Assembly (NCBI RefSeq): GCF_018350175.1
Contig: NC_058368.1
Coordinates: 222,396,001 to 222,460,000 of the forward strand
Reading direction: 5' to 3'
DNA from: Felis catus
Taxonomy: Eukaryota
DNA: 64,000 nt
In this document: piece by piece, positions 38,901-52,677 of the stretch
How the letters are laid out: each line of letters begins with the position of its first letter
How positions within the stretch are numbered: the first letter of the stretch is position 1
Notes under the pieces: model-generated
The model's input: only the letters and a program-made list of their open reading frames with translations
Told to the model about the DNA's origin: nothing
Databases searched by the model: none
Position numbers and translations under genes: made by a program

Positions 38901-40539
38901 TATGGCTTCTTAATGTGATATCGTCTTTGAAATCGTAGGTCCAAAGTGAATTAGTTATTGAGTTAGTCAATACATTTCTGGCAATTAAATTAGTCTACAA
39001 TATGATTCTAAACTACTTTTCCATTTTTATGTACGGTTATTCCTCTACGCGTGTTCACTCTAGAATGACACTTCATGACTTGCTCTTTCTGGGCATGTTT
39101 CATACTTTTACACACTTCCCCTTACACCCTCTGTTGTTTCTCTGAGCGCAGTGCCCTTTCACCCCATCTCTGCTCCTGTCTTTTTAAATTCGCCACAAAT
39201 TTAAAGGCCCACCTTGAATGCTATCTCATCACTACAATATTTACTTCCTTCTAGTTTTCTAATGTTAAACAATCTCTTCAAAGGCCTTTTCCAGCCTATT
39301 TCATATTATGGTAACTTCTGTACTTTTCTTACTTTCATGTCCACCCCGAAGGATTATGAGCTCCTTCAGTGCAAGGACAGTGTTTCCTTTTGTTTCTCTC
39401 CCTGCAACATCTGACTCAATGCTTTGATGGTCAAATCATTTTTTTTTTTATTAAGTCATAATGCTCAAAATCATGAAAGAAAGAAAACTATCAGAATTCA
39501 GGTTACTTCGCACCAGTATACGAAATAGTTAAATCTTGAATGAAATTTGGTGGTGATTTAATGGGCAGACCCTATTATTTAAAACCAAATTTCCAGTGAA
39601 TACGAAAAGTATAGGTGCATGATGATTATCATTTGTTGATTATTAACATTCATTTTTAAATTCAATTTAAAAAAGCCTAAACATAGTGGCATTTATTAGG
39701 CTTTGTTTAGCGAGCTGCCTAGCACTTCACCACATGGTTGTGATCTTGGGACCTTATACAACACATATTTTAGTTAGAAAAATTATTTTAGAACTGAAGT
39801 CTTCAAGTGCCTTCTTAAAACATCAAAGCAATTCAAAAATGGTAATATTAATACTTCTCACAGTTTGCTTATAGTTTTTAGCCATAGTAATAATGCATTT
39901 ATTGATTTAAATTTTCTATGAATATCAAGATTAATTATTTCTCAAGTTGCCTAGATAAAGATATACACTGTAGTCAATAAATCTCCATGTTCATTTTAGA
40001 AAGTCAATATCTACTTATAAATTATGTAATTTTCATGATATTTATAACTGAAAAAGCAATTTCTTATTTCAACTGAAGATACACTTAAAAAAATCCTTGT
40101 CTTTGAGTAAGATACTTTGGAAAATATAACTGTAATTTGCTGAAATAAATATCAACTGGTTATTAATTTTTTTTTTACTTTCAAACTCCTTTTGTGCATC
40201 ATTAAATTTTTATTATTGAGGAAACATCTTGGAATGAGTAGAGCTGATTTAACAGAAAAAAGAAATATCAAATATAGCAGCTCACGTACGCAAGGCAAAA
40301 TATGATTAGCAGATTGAAAGGGTAGGTAAGAAGCTGCAAGATGATAACATGGAATACGTGGAAGATTTGTTCTTGTGACACCCACGCCCCTCCTCCCCAG
40401 TAGGTGGGGAGATACCCCATTTACACATATAGATGTTATTTCCTAGAAAGTTGAAAAAAAAGATTCTCTGAGGCAAAAAAAAAAAAAAAGTAGGATATAG
40501 TAGGATATGAAATGTGAACATGAAATGGTAGGGAGACTA

Positions 40540-40921
40540 TGACTATGTACTGAACTGTATGCCATTCAATTTCATATGTTGAAGCCATTTAACTCCAGGT
40601 TGGATAGTAATTAGACATATGACCTGTGGGAGATAATTGGGTTTAGATGAGGTCATGGAGGTGTGGTCCCTCATGATGCGACCAGAGCCCTAATAAGAAA
40701 AGATACCAGAGAACTTGCTTCCTCACTTTTTCCCCACCATGGGAAGACACAACAAGAAGGTGGCCATTTGCAAACAAGGAACAGAGGTCTTACTAAAAAT
40801 TGATCATGCTGGCAACTTGATCTTGGACATCTAGCCTCTAGAACTGTGAGAAAATACATTTCTATTGTTTAAGCCACCCAGTCTGTATTATTTTGTTTTG
40901 GCAGCCCGAAATGATGAATAT
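40540..40921 (+). mobile_element. MaLR solo LTR (MLT1A-like)
   Basis: ttcatatgttgaagcc; catctagcctctagaactgtgagaaaatacatttctattgtttaagccacccagtctg. Confidence 0.85.
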
Positions 40922-42609
40922 AACTACCAAACGTCACACACACACACACACACATCAGACATTTTTATGTGGCCAAGGCAAATTTAGAACCTGGGTACTG
41001 CTGGAATTTGTCATTATGGGATGCTTACCCAGGGATAAACAATTTCAGTTGTATAACCAATGATCTCCAAGAAAAGACTTTTAAATTCAAAACAAAGCCA
41101 ACTCTCTGTAGCCTTAGTAATCAGACACCCCTTACTGTCAGGCTATTATTTTTGCTGTGAGTTTCCTTTAAAGGTATGCTCCAAAAGTTAAATTGATGTG
41201 AGTCATTTTACTTATGACAATATTTATATTTCTTTGGATCACAGATTCATCCTCATGCCCTACTCCTTTGGAGAATTTTTCAGAGTAAATGTAACCAATG
41301 AAGGCAGAGAAAATACGTTGGGAATATTTCAAAATATTAACTAATTAGATTGAAGCTCATATAATCATATAGCTGGAAGAGTTTACTCCACTGTCTTCCT
41401 TTATATATTACAGATGAGATAGCAGTGGTGTAAAATCATTTAGAAACTGAGTTATAGGTCCAGGAGAATTAAGTCTTGCTCTGATACCCCATTAAGTGTC
41501 TTTGTACTATTTGTTCTATGTATGTATTCCATTATATATGATTAAACATTTCTAAATCATTGGTAATTTAAAATCAAATGTATATATGAAAATCTATGTA
41601 GTCTTTTGCAAATGAAAACAAAATATTAAGTCTATTCTTTCGAACATTAAAATGTAGACTTTTTTACAAAAAAAGTAAAGTACTAATCCAGTTTTATCAG
41701 TATCTTACCATTTGAACTAGGTACTCTGCTGATTATCTGACAAATAACAACGTATTTTAAACTGCTATTATAATGTTTACAAATTTATTTGACACTATGT
41801 AAACATTATCCACACAATTAACTACCTAGTGATTTGAATTATACATAATATATAATCTGCATTTAATAAGACAGTCAACACTAATGAAAAGCATTGCTTA
41901 TAAAAAAGGTACCTAAAACATAGAAGAAATTGCATATGTCTCGAGTAAGTAAGTAAAGCAATAAATAAAATGTTTTCTACTTTTAAAAAATTATTTTGTG
42001 TTTAGGAACAAAAGTATCAGTTAATAAAAGATATTTACCCACATATTTTAGTAAATACACAGATGTACACATACATTATTCATTTGAATTTGTTTTATTA
42101 TGAATGTAAGTGTTCACTGCAACATTGCATATTTTCAGACACTTAAGATCATTATTTAATAAGTGGAGACTCTACCCTTCCATATAAAATACATAATGAA
42201 TGTTTCTTACTTAAAAGTAAATTCTTATGAGAAACAGAACTAATGGTATAATTAAGACAGACAAAAATAAAAAAAAATATTTAAGGCAATATAAATTTAT
42301 ATTTGATTTTTAAAAACATACATCAGTATTTATTTCTTATTCAGATATCTTTTTCAGATCGTTCTTTGATGTTCTTATTCACAAAATGCTTATCTTTGTA
42401 TATATCATCACTGATGTAAAACAAAAACAAAATATATTCTTGAATTTAATTTTAATATTCTGTAGACATTATATGTATGTGACAGTTGGCAAACGGTTCT
42501 AGCAAATAAATACAAATCCCTGAATATTTCAACACACATAGTCATAAAAGTGTTGTGCCAAAAAATGACAGATATTTCATTATCACTGATAAGTGCAGAG
42601 CTTTAAAGA

Positions 42610-43365
42610 GGCAATATGGCAAGGTGAATAAAATCATCAATTTCGAAACACCCTTCCTGGATTTAAATCCTAGCTCTAGCACTCATTGGCTTTTTAATAT
42701 TAAAAAATTATGAATTGTTTCCATTTCTTATTTTACTTATGTAAAAACTAGAGATCACCATAATGCCTTCTATATCAGCAAATGTTGACTAATGGAAATG
42801 GAGTTGCAGTGCATTGTGGGAGAAGGGATTTGTTATAGGAATTAAAGCTTGCGCAATTGTGAAGAGCACAGGAACGTGAATGTCAGAACACAAGTGAGAG
42901 AGCCTCAGCTGAGTCACATGTGGTCAATCTGAGAAGCACATGTTCAGCTACCGAAAGGGATGTGCGGAGGGAACTATTAAAGGAGGGGTGTGAGCCTGTG
43001 GGTCTGTAAACGTATATACAAAGCACAGTGGTGGACCAGGATCTGTTGTTAGATAGCAGAGCCAGCACTCAAAAAGATCTGGATGATGAGTTGAGGCAGC
43101 AGAACACGCTGAAAGCTCCTCAGTGCCTCACATCTGCCATCACGTCTAATATTCAGGGGTCATGGCCAATTTCACACCTCTTTATCCCATACCTCGTGAA
43201 AGTACCTATTTGGTTAACTCTAACCCATGAATAGACAGGAAATTAGATTTTGGAAAATTTTGTTCTCAGTCTAACCAAGTTGACGATAGAATAATTTGAT
43301 ACAATTCACTTCTTGGACCTGTGAGGATTACGTGAGTTAATACATGTAAAGGCGTTGCATAATCT
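42610..43365. mobile_element. MIR relic apparently split by an old LTR-like element (~42790-43300)
   Basis: cctggatttaaatcctagctctagcactc at 42656; gtgaggattacgtgagttaatacatgtaaag resumes at 43321. Confidence 0.5.
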
Positions 43366-44407
43366 CCCCCTACTGTCTATGGAAAATCAACTACTACAGT
43401 AATTGTGTTCCCCTCCGCCATCACTACATACACCAGGAAACCTGAACACCAGTGTGAGATGTTATCAGATACTGGGAAACAACAGCATAGGATTGTGATA
43501 CCTGAGACAAGTGAAACCAAAAGAATGCTGTGATGTTCCCTGGTTCCTCTGTGGACACACTTTTCAGGACTCAAGGAAGGGCGAGGCACTTAAAGAGAGC
43601 CTGAAATTCTTGCTGATTTGAAGGGACAAAGATCAGATTTTGAAGATGTCAAGGTAGCTAGAATCGGCAGGGCAGAATATCAGATAAAAGGGAGCTACAC
43701 AGAGAAATCTTTGGAGATCTTCAAAAGAGTCTCCTCAAATCTTTGGATGAGTGACAATCTTTGCATTCGTAGAGAGAAATGCTAAGAAGCAGTAGAAAAG
43801 AGTAAGAAGTTTCTGAAGCTCACATGGGAATGAAAATAGCATAAAATCTCCTCAGCCACACCGAAAAAAAAAAAAAAAAACTAATAATACATGCACCCTG
43901 AGAGAGAATTCTGAGCAGAGCATCACCTTATTGACAGGGTCAAATTAGCATTTGGTAAGGGTTGGCCTGGAATCATTATAACAAAGGTTAAAAATAAATT
44001 AAATACATGCCACCCCCCCCCCCCCCAAAAAAAAGGTCCAGCACTCTTTAAATAAATATAATTCAGTTCACAAAACTTAAATTCAGAACTGGTAGCCAAT
44101 TGAAATAATCAGGCACAGAATTGACAGATGTAATGGAATTAGAGGACAAAGACATTACAATGCCCATTATAAATATCCTCAAAATACATAATAATGTAGA
44201 AGGAAACTTGCCCATGAAAAGAACAATAGAAGATATAAAAATGACCTAAATGTAATCACCAGAGGTGAAAAATACAATATCCATGATGGAAAGTACACTG
44301 GATGGTTCTAGCAACAGATTAGCAGAAATATCATTGAACACGAAGCCATAGCAACAGACATTGTCCAAAATGAGGCAATGAAAGACAAAAGAGGAACATG
44401 AACCCTA

Positions 44408-44620
44408 GTGGCTCCTGGGTGGCTCAGTAGGATAAACACCTGAGTCTTGATTCGGCTCAGGTCATGATCTCAAGTGTTCCTGAGTTCAAGCCCTGCATTA
44501 GGCTCTGCATTGACAGTGCAGAGCCTGCTTGGGATTCTCTTTCTCTGTCTGTCTGTCTCTCTGTGCCCCTCTTCCACTTGTTCATACACTGTCTCTCAAA
44601 ACAAATAAACTTAAAAAAAA
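44408..44620 (+). mobile_element. Can-SINE (older)
   Basis: SINE body and A tail. Confidence 0.9.
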
Positions 44621-45024
44621 TGAACACAAAAAGCATCAGTGAGTTAAAGAACAATATCAAGTGACCTAGAACATATGCTATTATTGTTATAACTAAGCAT
44701 TTGTAAGAATAATGGCTAAATATTTCAAAATTTGGTTATACCGTACAAACATAGGTTTAAGAAATTAAGTGAACTACAATCGCAATACACATAAAGAAAT
44801 CCACAATAAAGCTTATGTAGAGGTAAAAAAAAAAAGATCTTAAAAGCAAGTAGAGAAAAAAAACACAGGTGTCTACAGAGAAACAAAAATAAGTAAAATA
44901 ATGAATTCTTATCAGAAACCCATAAAAGTCATACACTGAATGGAATGACAGTATTAATTTGCTATAAGAAAAATAATAGGATTCTAAACATAAAAATGTA
45001 TTATAAAAATAAAAGGGAATTGTC

Positions 45025-45250
45025 GGGGCGCCTGGGTGGCACAGTTGGTTAAGCGTCCGACTTCAGCCAGGTCATGATCTCGCGGTCCGTGAGTTCGAGC
45101 CCCGCGTCGGGCTCTGGGCTGATGGCTCAGAGCCTGGAGCCTGTTTCCGATTCTGTGTCTCCCTCTCTCTGCCCCTCCCCCGTTCATGCTGTCTCTCTCT
45201 GTCCCAAAAATAAATAAACGTTGAAAAAAAATAAAAATAAATAAAAAAAA
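45025..45250 (+). mobile_element. Young SINEC_Fc-type Can-SINE
   Basis: Near-consensus; aaaataaaagggaa on both flanks. Confidence 0.96.
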
Positions 45251-45822
45251 ATAAAAGGGAAATAAAGATTTTTTTTTTCAGGCAACAAAGATTAGAATCC
45301 ATTTCTGAGGATTCTGAGGATGCCCAAAAGAAATACAAATCTATGTCCTAAAGGCAGAATAAAATTAAACCCACTAAAAATGAGTGAAAAGTGTTAGAAA
45401 AGATACACAAGTGTAGGTATAAAAGATGATGCTTTCTATATTATCTTAATTATATTTAAAATATAATTCACATTCCAAAGAAGAAATGACAACTATCTAT
45501 GAGATACATGTACAAGTAAAATGTTTGACAACAATAATAGAAAATGGAAACATGAATGTGCCCTTTGTATTGTTCATACATTGTAAATTAAGCAGTTTAA
45601 TATACTCTGAAGATAAGATGTAATGAATATGTATATTTCATACCATAAAGCAATCATTAGAAAAGAAAATTAGAACAAAAATATCTAATAACTTAATAAG
45701 AGATTATATGTAATGACATAAAAAATTCATAGAAAGCATGAAATGAACCAAAAAAGAACAGAGAGCAGATGAGAAAGGAGAAAACAAATAGGAAGATGTC
45801 AGATTTAAACCATATCAAAGAT

Positions 45823-46057
45823 GGGGCGCCTGGGTGGCGCAGTCGGTTAAGCATCTGACTTCAGCCAGGTCACGATCTCGCGGTCCGTGACTTCGAGCCC
45901 CGCATCGGGCTCTGGGCTGATGGCTCAGAGCCTGGAGCCTGTTTCCGATTCTGTGTCTCCCTCTCTCTCTGCCCCTCCCCCGTTCATGCTCTGTCTCTCT
46001 CTGTCCCAAAAATAAATAAACGTTGAAAAAACAATTTTTTTTAAAAATAAAAAAAAA
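45823..46057 (+). mobile_element. Young SINEC_Fc-type Can-SINE
   Basis: Perfect 17-bp TSD taaaccatatcaaagat 45806-45822 / 46058-46074. Confidence 0.97.
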
Positions 46058-46941
46058 TAAACCATATCAAAGATTACAAGAAATGTGAATGAAATAATCA
46101 CACCAATGAAACTACGTCAAGTATAAACCTAGATGATAGAAAGGACAAAAATAGTTATCCTGCAGACATCTCACATTGAATAGAAAGACACAAATAAGTT
46201 AAAAGAAAAGAATGGAAAAAAATACCATTCAAACTTAAAAAGAAACTCAAGAGGCTGATACTGGCCTCAGTAATAGGACAAGGATGCCCACTCTCTTTGT
46301 TATTCAACATTTTACTGCGGGTCCTAGGCAGTGGAAGGAAGCCAGACATACTGTAGGGAAAGTAGAAAGTTCATCTTCATTTGAAAATAGGGCTATGGTG
46401 TATAAATAAATTCTGAAGAAATAAACAAAAATGCACTAGACATATATAGCTTTAGCATAGCTGTAGGTTAGCTGGGATATATTTTTATATATAATTTTAT
46501 AATATTTCTGTATACTAGCCACAGAGAATTGAAAAAAAACAGAAATTTTATGAAACAATAGACACAGGAAAACATGACAAAAAAGGAAAACATGACAAAA
46601 GGATTCAGAATGGGCAAAACAATTCTGTAAGAGATGAATATAGTCTGAGGGCTTAAATGACCTCCTCTCAAGAATTATTATACAGCATAGTAAGCACTAC
46701 AGGTTAATACGAGCATAAAAGCAAATATATAGACCAACTGAGCCATAAAAGAGAAGAAAAATGAAAATCGGTGCATACACACAGGATCAATTGCATTTGG
46801 AAAATGTACAAGGTGATTCAAAGAGAAAAGAGAATCTTTTCAGCAAATACCTCTGCTACCAATTGGAAATCGTTTACATTGGAAGAGCTACACCTTCTGC
46901 TCAATTTTGCAGTGAATCTAAGGGACTCTAAAAGAAGTATT

Positions 46942-47175
46942 GGGGCACCTGGGTGGCTCAGTCAGTTAAGCCTCTGACTGGGGCTCAGGTCATGATCTTT
47001 CAGTTCGTGAGTTCAAGCCCTGAGTGGGGCTCTATGCTGACAGCTCAGAGCCTGGAGCCTGCTTCTGGTTCTGTGTCCCCCTCTCTTTCTGCCCCTCCCT
47101 CCCTTGTCCTGTCTCTCTGTCTCCCTCCCTCTCTCTCTCTCCCTCTCAATCTCTTAAAAATAAATAAACATTAAA

Positions 47176-47179
<4 letters not shown>
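46942..47179 (+). mobile_element. Can-SINE followed by (TA)n (47179-47234)
   Basis: SINE body and tail. Confidence 0.92.
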
Positions 47180-47237
<58 letters not shown>

Positions 47238-47243
47238 TAAAAA

Positions 47244-47458
47244 GGTGCCTGGGTAGCTCAGTTGATTAAGCATCTGACTCTTGGGTTCGGCTCTCGTCAT
47301 GGTCTCATGGTTTGCGGGTTCAAGCCTTCTTAAGGCTCTGCTCTGACAGTGTGGTGCCTGCTCAGGATTCTCTCTCTCCTCTTCTGTCTCTCCTTCTCTC
47401 TTTGCCCTTCCTCTGCTCGCATTCTCTCTCAAAATAAATAAACATTTTTTGTAAAAAG
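47244..47458 (+). mobile_element. Can-SINE (older)
   Basis: ggtgcctgggtagctcag head. Confidence 0.88.
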
Positions 47459-47829
47459 TATAATATATACATATATATATATATATATTTCAAAATCCTT
47501 TCATCCATACCCTTTTTACCTCCTACCATATATAAATATTCATTCAAATTGGACTCCAGACCTAAATGTAGAAGTATAATTAAAGCGAAGCATAAACATA
47601 AACATTCATGGAAATATCTATGAAAATAAACATAATAGCATCAATCATAAAGAAAAAATGGAAAATTAACTTTTTAATCAAAAAAATAAAATTCCAGAAC
47701 CTGTAAGATATTTCAATTTTTTTTTCAAAAAATGAAATAAAAACATCCTCGAATGGGGAAAAGTATTTGCAAAATATGGAAATGAGAAAGGGTTCTAATC
47801 CACCCTATAAAGAAATTTCTTCCAGATCA

Positions 47830-48022
47830 GGGGTGCCCGGGTGGCTCGGTTGGTTGAGCGTCCAACTCTTGGCCGGAGGTGGCGAGCGAGCTCTGCCTTG
47901 GACTCTGTGTTGACAGCATGGAACCTGCTTAGGTTTCTTTCCCTCCTTTTCTTTCTGCCTCTCGCCGGCTCATGCATGCTGCCTTTCTGTCTCTCAAAAC
48001 AAATAAATATCATTTTTTTTTT
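47830..48022 (+). mobile_element. Can-SINE with internal deletion
   Basis: ggggtgcccgggtggctcgg head; cagatc on both flanks. Confidence 0.85.
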
Positions 48023-49129
48023 ACAGATCTAAAATAAGCATACAAGCAATCTAATAAAATTGATGGGCCACATATCTCAGCAAACGCTTCACCAAAGATA
48101 CACAAACTATTAAAAAAAGCATATGGGAGATCCTCAACTTAATTTTCATTAGGGAAATGGAAAATAAAATGATAATGAGAATTTACTACAAATTCAACAA
48201 AACGACTACCATTAAAAAGACTGACAGCACCAAGATTTTGCCACTACTTAGGAAAAACTAGAAATCCCATTATTGCTGATGGGAATATAAAATGGTACAG
48301 CTACTCTGGAAAAGCATTCAGATTCTGTGCCCCCTCTCTCTCTCTGCCCTGGTTTCTGCCATGGTTTCTTATGTAATTAAAGATTTACTTACCATGTTAT
48401 GCACTGATTCCCCTCCTAGGTATTTACCCATGACAAATGAAATCAGGGGTCCACACAAAGGCTTTTACATAGATTTGTTAATAATAATTCCTGTTTTTAA
48501 ACAAAAAGTAATATCAATATATTCATTGCTAGGATAATGCCCTGATGATATTGTATCCAAAAACTAAAATATTATTTAACCATAAAAATAAATGGAATGC
48601 TGACGCAGGCAATATATCTTAATGCTCAAAATCATGATGGTGAGAGAAAGAAGGCCGACTTACTGCCTTACTATTTAGGTGACACTCTAGGAAATGGAAA
48701 GTTATTGAGAAAGAAATGAGACTGGTGGTTGCCAGGAGCTGGCCTCTGGGAAGAAAACTGACTGCAAAGTGATCCTGGTAACTGAAGGTGGTTGGTGGAA
48801 AGGTCCGGTGTCATGAATTAGATGCCGAATATATAACTGTAGACATTTGTCAAACTTCACCAAAGTGTACACTTAAAATTGGTGAATTTTGTTGTATGCC
48901 AATTGCACTGTAAACAGGTTGATTTTTTAAAATTGCGGTACCCATGGATAGAAACTTTTCAATCTATATCAACTACTGTGCAATTGTCCAAAACTGAGTA
49001 CATTTCATTTAAATTTTCTCTGCTTGCATTTTAGTAGTGTTTTCAAATATGTATGTATATTTGAAATATGTTTATATATATTTCATATATATATTTCAAA
49101 TATTTATTAATTTATTTACTTATTTATAT

Positions 49130-49584
49130 TCCTTATGTTCTACGTTTTATTCCTGTGACTTACTCATTCCATAAGTGGAAGCTTGTATCTCCCTCTCCCC
49201 TTCACCCAGTTTTCTCAACCCCCACACCACTTCCCTCTGGCAGCTTATAACAGTTTGTCCTCCGTACTTTTAGTGCTGATTCTGCTTCTTGTTTATTCTT
49301 TTTTTTATATTCCATTAATGAGTGGAATCATATGATATATGCCTTTCTTAGTTTGACTTATCTACTTCATATCTCACCCCCTAGGTCCATTCATTTTGTC
49401 TCAGATACCACGATCTCATCCTTTTTAATGGTTGCTTAGTATTCTATTTTATATAGTGGAATATATATATATATATATAACATTTTATATTCTAATATAA
49501 TTACAATATACATTATATGTGTATCTTATCCGCTTGTCTACTGATGAACAGTTAGGTTGCTTACCTAAGTGTAATATATATAAG

Positions 49585-49616
<32 letters not shown>

Positions 49617-49720
49617 CTATTATATTACATTAAATTATATATATTATATGTATATGTTCCTTATCCACTTGTTTACTGATGGACACTTAGGTTGCTTACA
49701 TGTCTTTCTATTGTAAAAAT
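49130..49720 (-). mobile_element. L1 3'UTR fragment with an internal tandem duplication
   Basis: gagtggaatcatatgatatatg; ctaggtccattcattttg. Confidence 0.7.
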
Positions 49721-49929
49721 AAAAATATTCTAAGTGTTCATAGGGTAAGAATATCATTTGCTATTGACAAAAATATTTGTTAAAAAATCACAGTAGCTGT
49801 GTGAGTATAAGATGGAGAATTAAAGTTATGAAAAAACCACAACTGTCTTTGTTTTGGGAGCTGAATCATTTCTCTGCCATGAGGTACATAAATAATCCCA
49901 AGTTCAAGTCCAAAAATCATAATTAATTA

Positions 49930-51695
49930 CTTGTGTTGTTGATTTAGACATTCTGATAGGTGTAAGATAATACCTCATTGTAGTGTCGATTTGTATTTCC
50001 TTGATGATGAGTGATGTTGAGCATCTTTTCGTGTCTCTGTATGCCGTCTGTAGGTCTGCTTTGTAAAAATGTCTATTTATGTTGCCTGTCCATTTTTAAT
50101 TGGATTATTTGTATTTTTTAATTTCTTTAGTTGTTTTTGAATTTTTATAAGTTCTTTAGATATTTTTCATACTCTTTACCAGATAGGTCATTTGTAAATA
50201 TATTTTTGCTTTCCAAAACTTGCCTTTCAGTTTTGTTGATTGTTTCCTTTACTGTGCAGAAGATTTTTATTTTGATGAAGTCCTGATAGTTCATTTTTGC
50301 TTTTGTTTACCTTGCATCTGGAGACATATCTAGTAAGAAGTTTCTATGGCCTATGTTCTCCTCTAGGATTTTTATGGTTTCAGGTCTCATATTAGGTCTT
50401 TAATTCATGCTGAATTTATTGTTTGTGTTTGGTGTAAGAAAGTAGTCTAGTTTCATTCTTTTGCATGATGCTGTCCCATTTTCCCAACAGCATGTTTTGA
50501 AGAGACTGTCTTTTTTCCCATTGGATATTCCTTCCTTCTTTGTCAAAGATTAATTGACCATATAGCTGTGGGTTCATTTCTGGCTATTCTGTTCTGTTCC
50601 ATTCATGTATGTGTCTTATTTTTGTACTGGTACTATACTATTTTGATCACTACAGCTTTACAATCTCACCTGAAGTCTGAAATTGTGATGACTCTTGTTT
50701 TGCTCTTCTTTTTCAAGGTTGCTTTGGCTATGTGGGGTCTTTTATGGTTCCATACACATTTTGGAATTGTTTGTTTTAGCTCTGTAAAAAATGCTGCTGG
50801 TATTTTGATAGAAATTGTGTTAAATATAAAGATTATTTTGTGTAGTATAAACATTTTAACAACATTTGTTCTTCCAATCCATGAGCATGGAATATCTTTC
50901 CATTTTTTTGTGTGTCATCCTCAATTTCTTTCAGTGTTTTATAGTAATCAGAGTACTATTTTGAAACAACAGGTATTGGTGAGGATGCAAAGAAAGAGGA
51001 ACCTTCCGGCACCATTGGTGAGAATGAAAATTGGCGCAGACACTGGAAAACAGTATAGAGGTTTCTCAAAAAATTAAAAATGCAAACTATCCTTCAATCC
51101 AGCAATTGCACTACCTGGTATTTTCCCCAATAATACAAAAATACTAATTCAAAGAGATACATAAATCCCAATGTTTATAGCACTATTACCTACAATAGTA
51201 CAATTATGGAAACAGCCCATGTCCATTGACTGATGAATGGAGATAGATAGATAGATAGGTAGAGATGTATACATATATAGATATAGATGATATACATATG
51301 AAAGAATGAAATCTTGTCATTTGCAAACACATGGATGGAGCTAGAGAGTAGTATGCTAAGTGAAATAAGTCAGTCAGAATAAGACAGATATCATATGATT
51401 TCACTCATATATGGAATTTAAGAAATAAAATGAGCAAAGGAAAAGAGAGAGAAAGAGAGAAATGAAGAACCATACTCTTAACTATAGTAATGTTTACCAG
51501 GGGGAAGGTAGGTGAGGGGAGGAGTTAAATAGGTGACGGTGATTATGGGGTGCACTTGTGTTGAGAACTGGGTGTTATATGGATGTGGTAAGTCAGTATA
51601 CCGCACACCTGAAATGACTAATATCACCCTGTATGTTAGCTAGCTGGAATTTCAATAAAAACTTGAAAACCAAAAGAAGAAAAAAATGTAAAAAT
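49930..51695 (+). mobile_element. 5'-inverted (twin-primed) carnivore L1
   Basis: 49930-50956 is antisense ORF2 (SIKIPAAFFTELKQTIPKCVWNHKRPHIAK); 50963-51695 is the sense 3' end with AATAAA and A tail. Confidence 0.88.
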
Positions 51696-51805
51696 ATATA
51701 ATATTTAATTGCTAATTTTTAAAAGTACAAAGTCAGTAAACAATGAGAGCAGATATTTATGAAGGAATATATAGGCACATGTATTAAGCACTATGAATAC
51801 ATTTT

Positions 51806-51916
51806 GGGGCACCTAGGTGGCTCACTTGGTTAAGCATCTGCCTCTTCATTTTGGCTCACAGTTTGTGAGATCAAGCCCCACGTGAGGCTCTGCACTGACA
51901 GCATGGAGCCTGTTTG

Positions 51917-51965
<49 letters not shown>

Positions 51966-52011
51966 CCCCCCTTTCATGCTCTCTTTCCCTAAATAAATAA
52001 ATGTGAAAAAA
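51806..52011 (+). mobile_element. Can-SINE with (TC)n
   Basis: SINE body. Confidence 0.9.
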
Positions 52012-52247
52012 GTGTTAAGACATCTTACTAAAAAAATACTTTTTTAACAAACTGAATAGTGTATGCTTCAACTGTGTGTGCAGTAAAATTTATGTCTAAC
52101 ATGATGGCAAATTATTAACTCATAGACTGTAAAATCAATTAATTGCAAGCCATGATGTAAAATGATTTTAAGACATCTTCTCAAAATGTGAACGTAGCTT
52201 TGGGATGTTAACTGAATTCTTTATCAATTACAAAATATTAGGCACAC

Positions 52248-52677
52248 TCTGGTGACTAGAATTGCATTCTCCCAACATGATAAATTCAAGTCTATTCCTA
52301 GGGACCTGTGAATATGACTTTATTTGGAAACAGTATATTTGAAGATGTAATCATATAAAAACGATGCCATCCTGGATTAGTGTAGGTCCTATTCAATGAC
52401 TGATGTCTTCAAGAGGACACGGAGAATGACACATGGGGAGAGCATAGTGATGATGGGGATAGACATCAGAGTAGCCACAAGCCGAGGAATGTCCATGATT
52501 ATCCGTAAGCACCAGAAGCTATGAGAGACACATGGAACAGATTCTCCATCAGAGCCTCCTGAAGGAAACAATCCTGCTAACACTCTAGTTTCCTGAACTA
52601 TGACAGAATAAGTTTCTGTTATTTCAAATCACTAGGTCTGTGGTTATTTTTTATGGAAGCTCTAGGAAACTATTACA
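52248..52677 (+). mobile_element. MaLR solo LTR (MLT1B/C-like)
   Basis: acctgtgaatatgactttatttggaaa; catggaacagattctccatcagagcctcc; ggaagctctaggaaacta. Confidence 0.85.

Larger units (their letters stand above)
43400..48930 (+). mobile_element. Long degraded old L1M (5' region, ORF1 and ORF2 remnants, 3'UTR) with internal deletions and six SINE insertions
   Basis: ORF1-like 44100-44960; ggacaaggatgcccactctc (QGCPLS) at 46276; 3'UTR tacacttaaaattggtgaattttgttgtatg at 48868. Confidence 0.72.

Noticed and set aside
50568..51077. 169-aa hydrophobic ORF
   Set aside because: Antisense reading of L1 ORF2 crossing the inversion junction.
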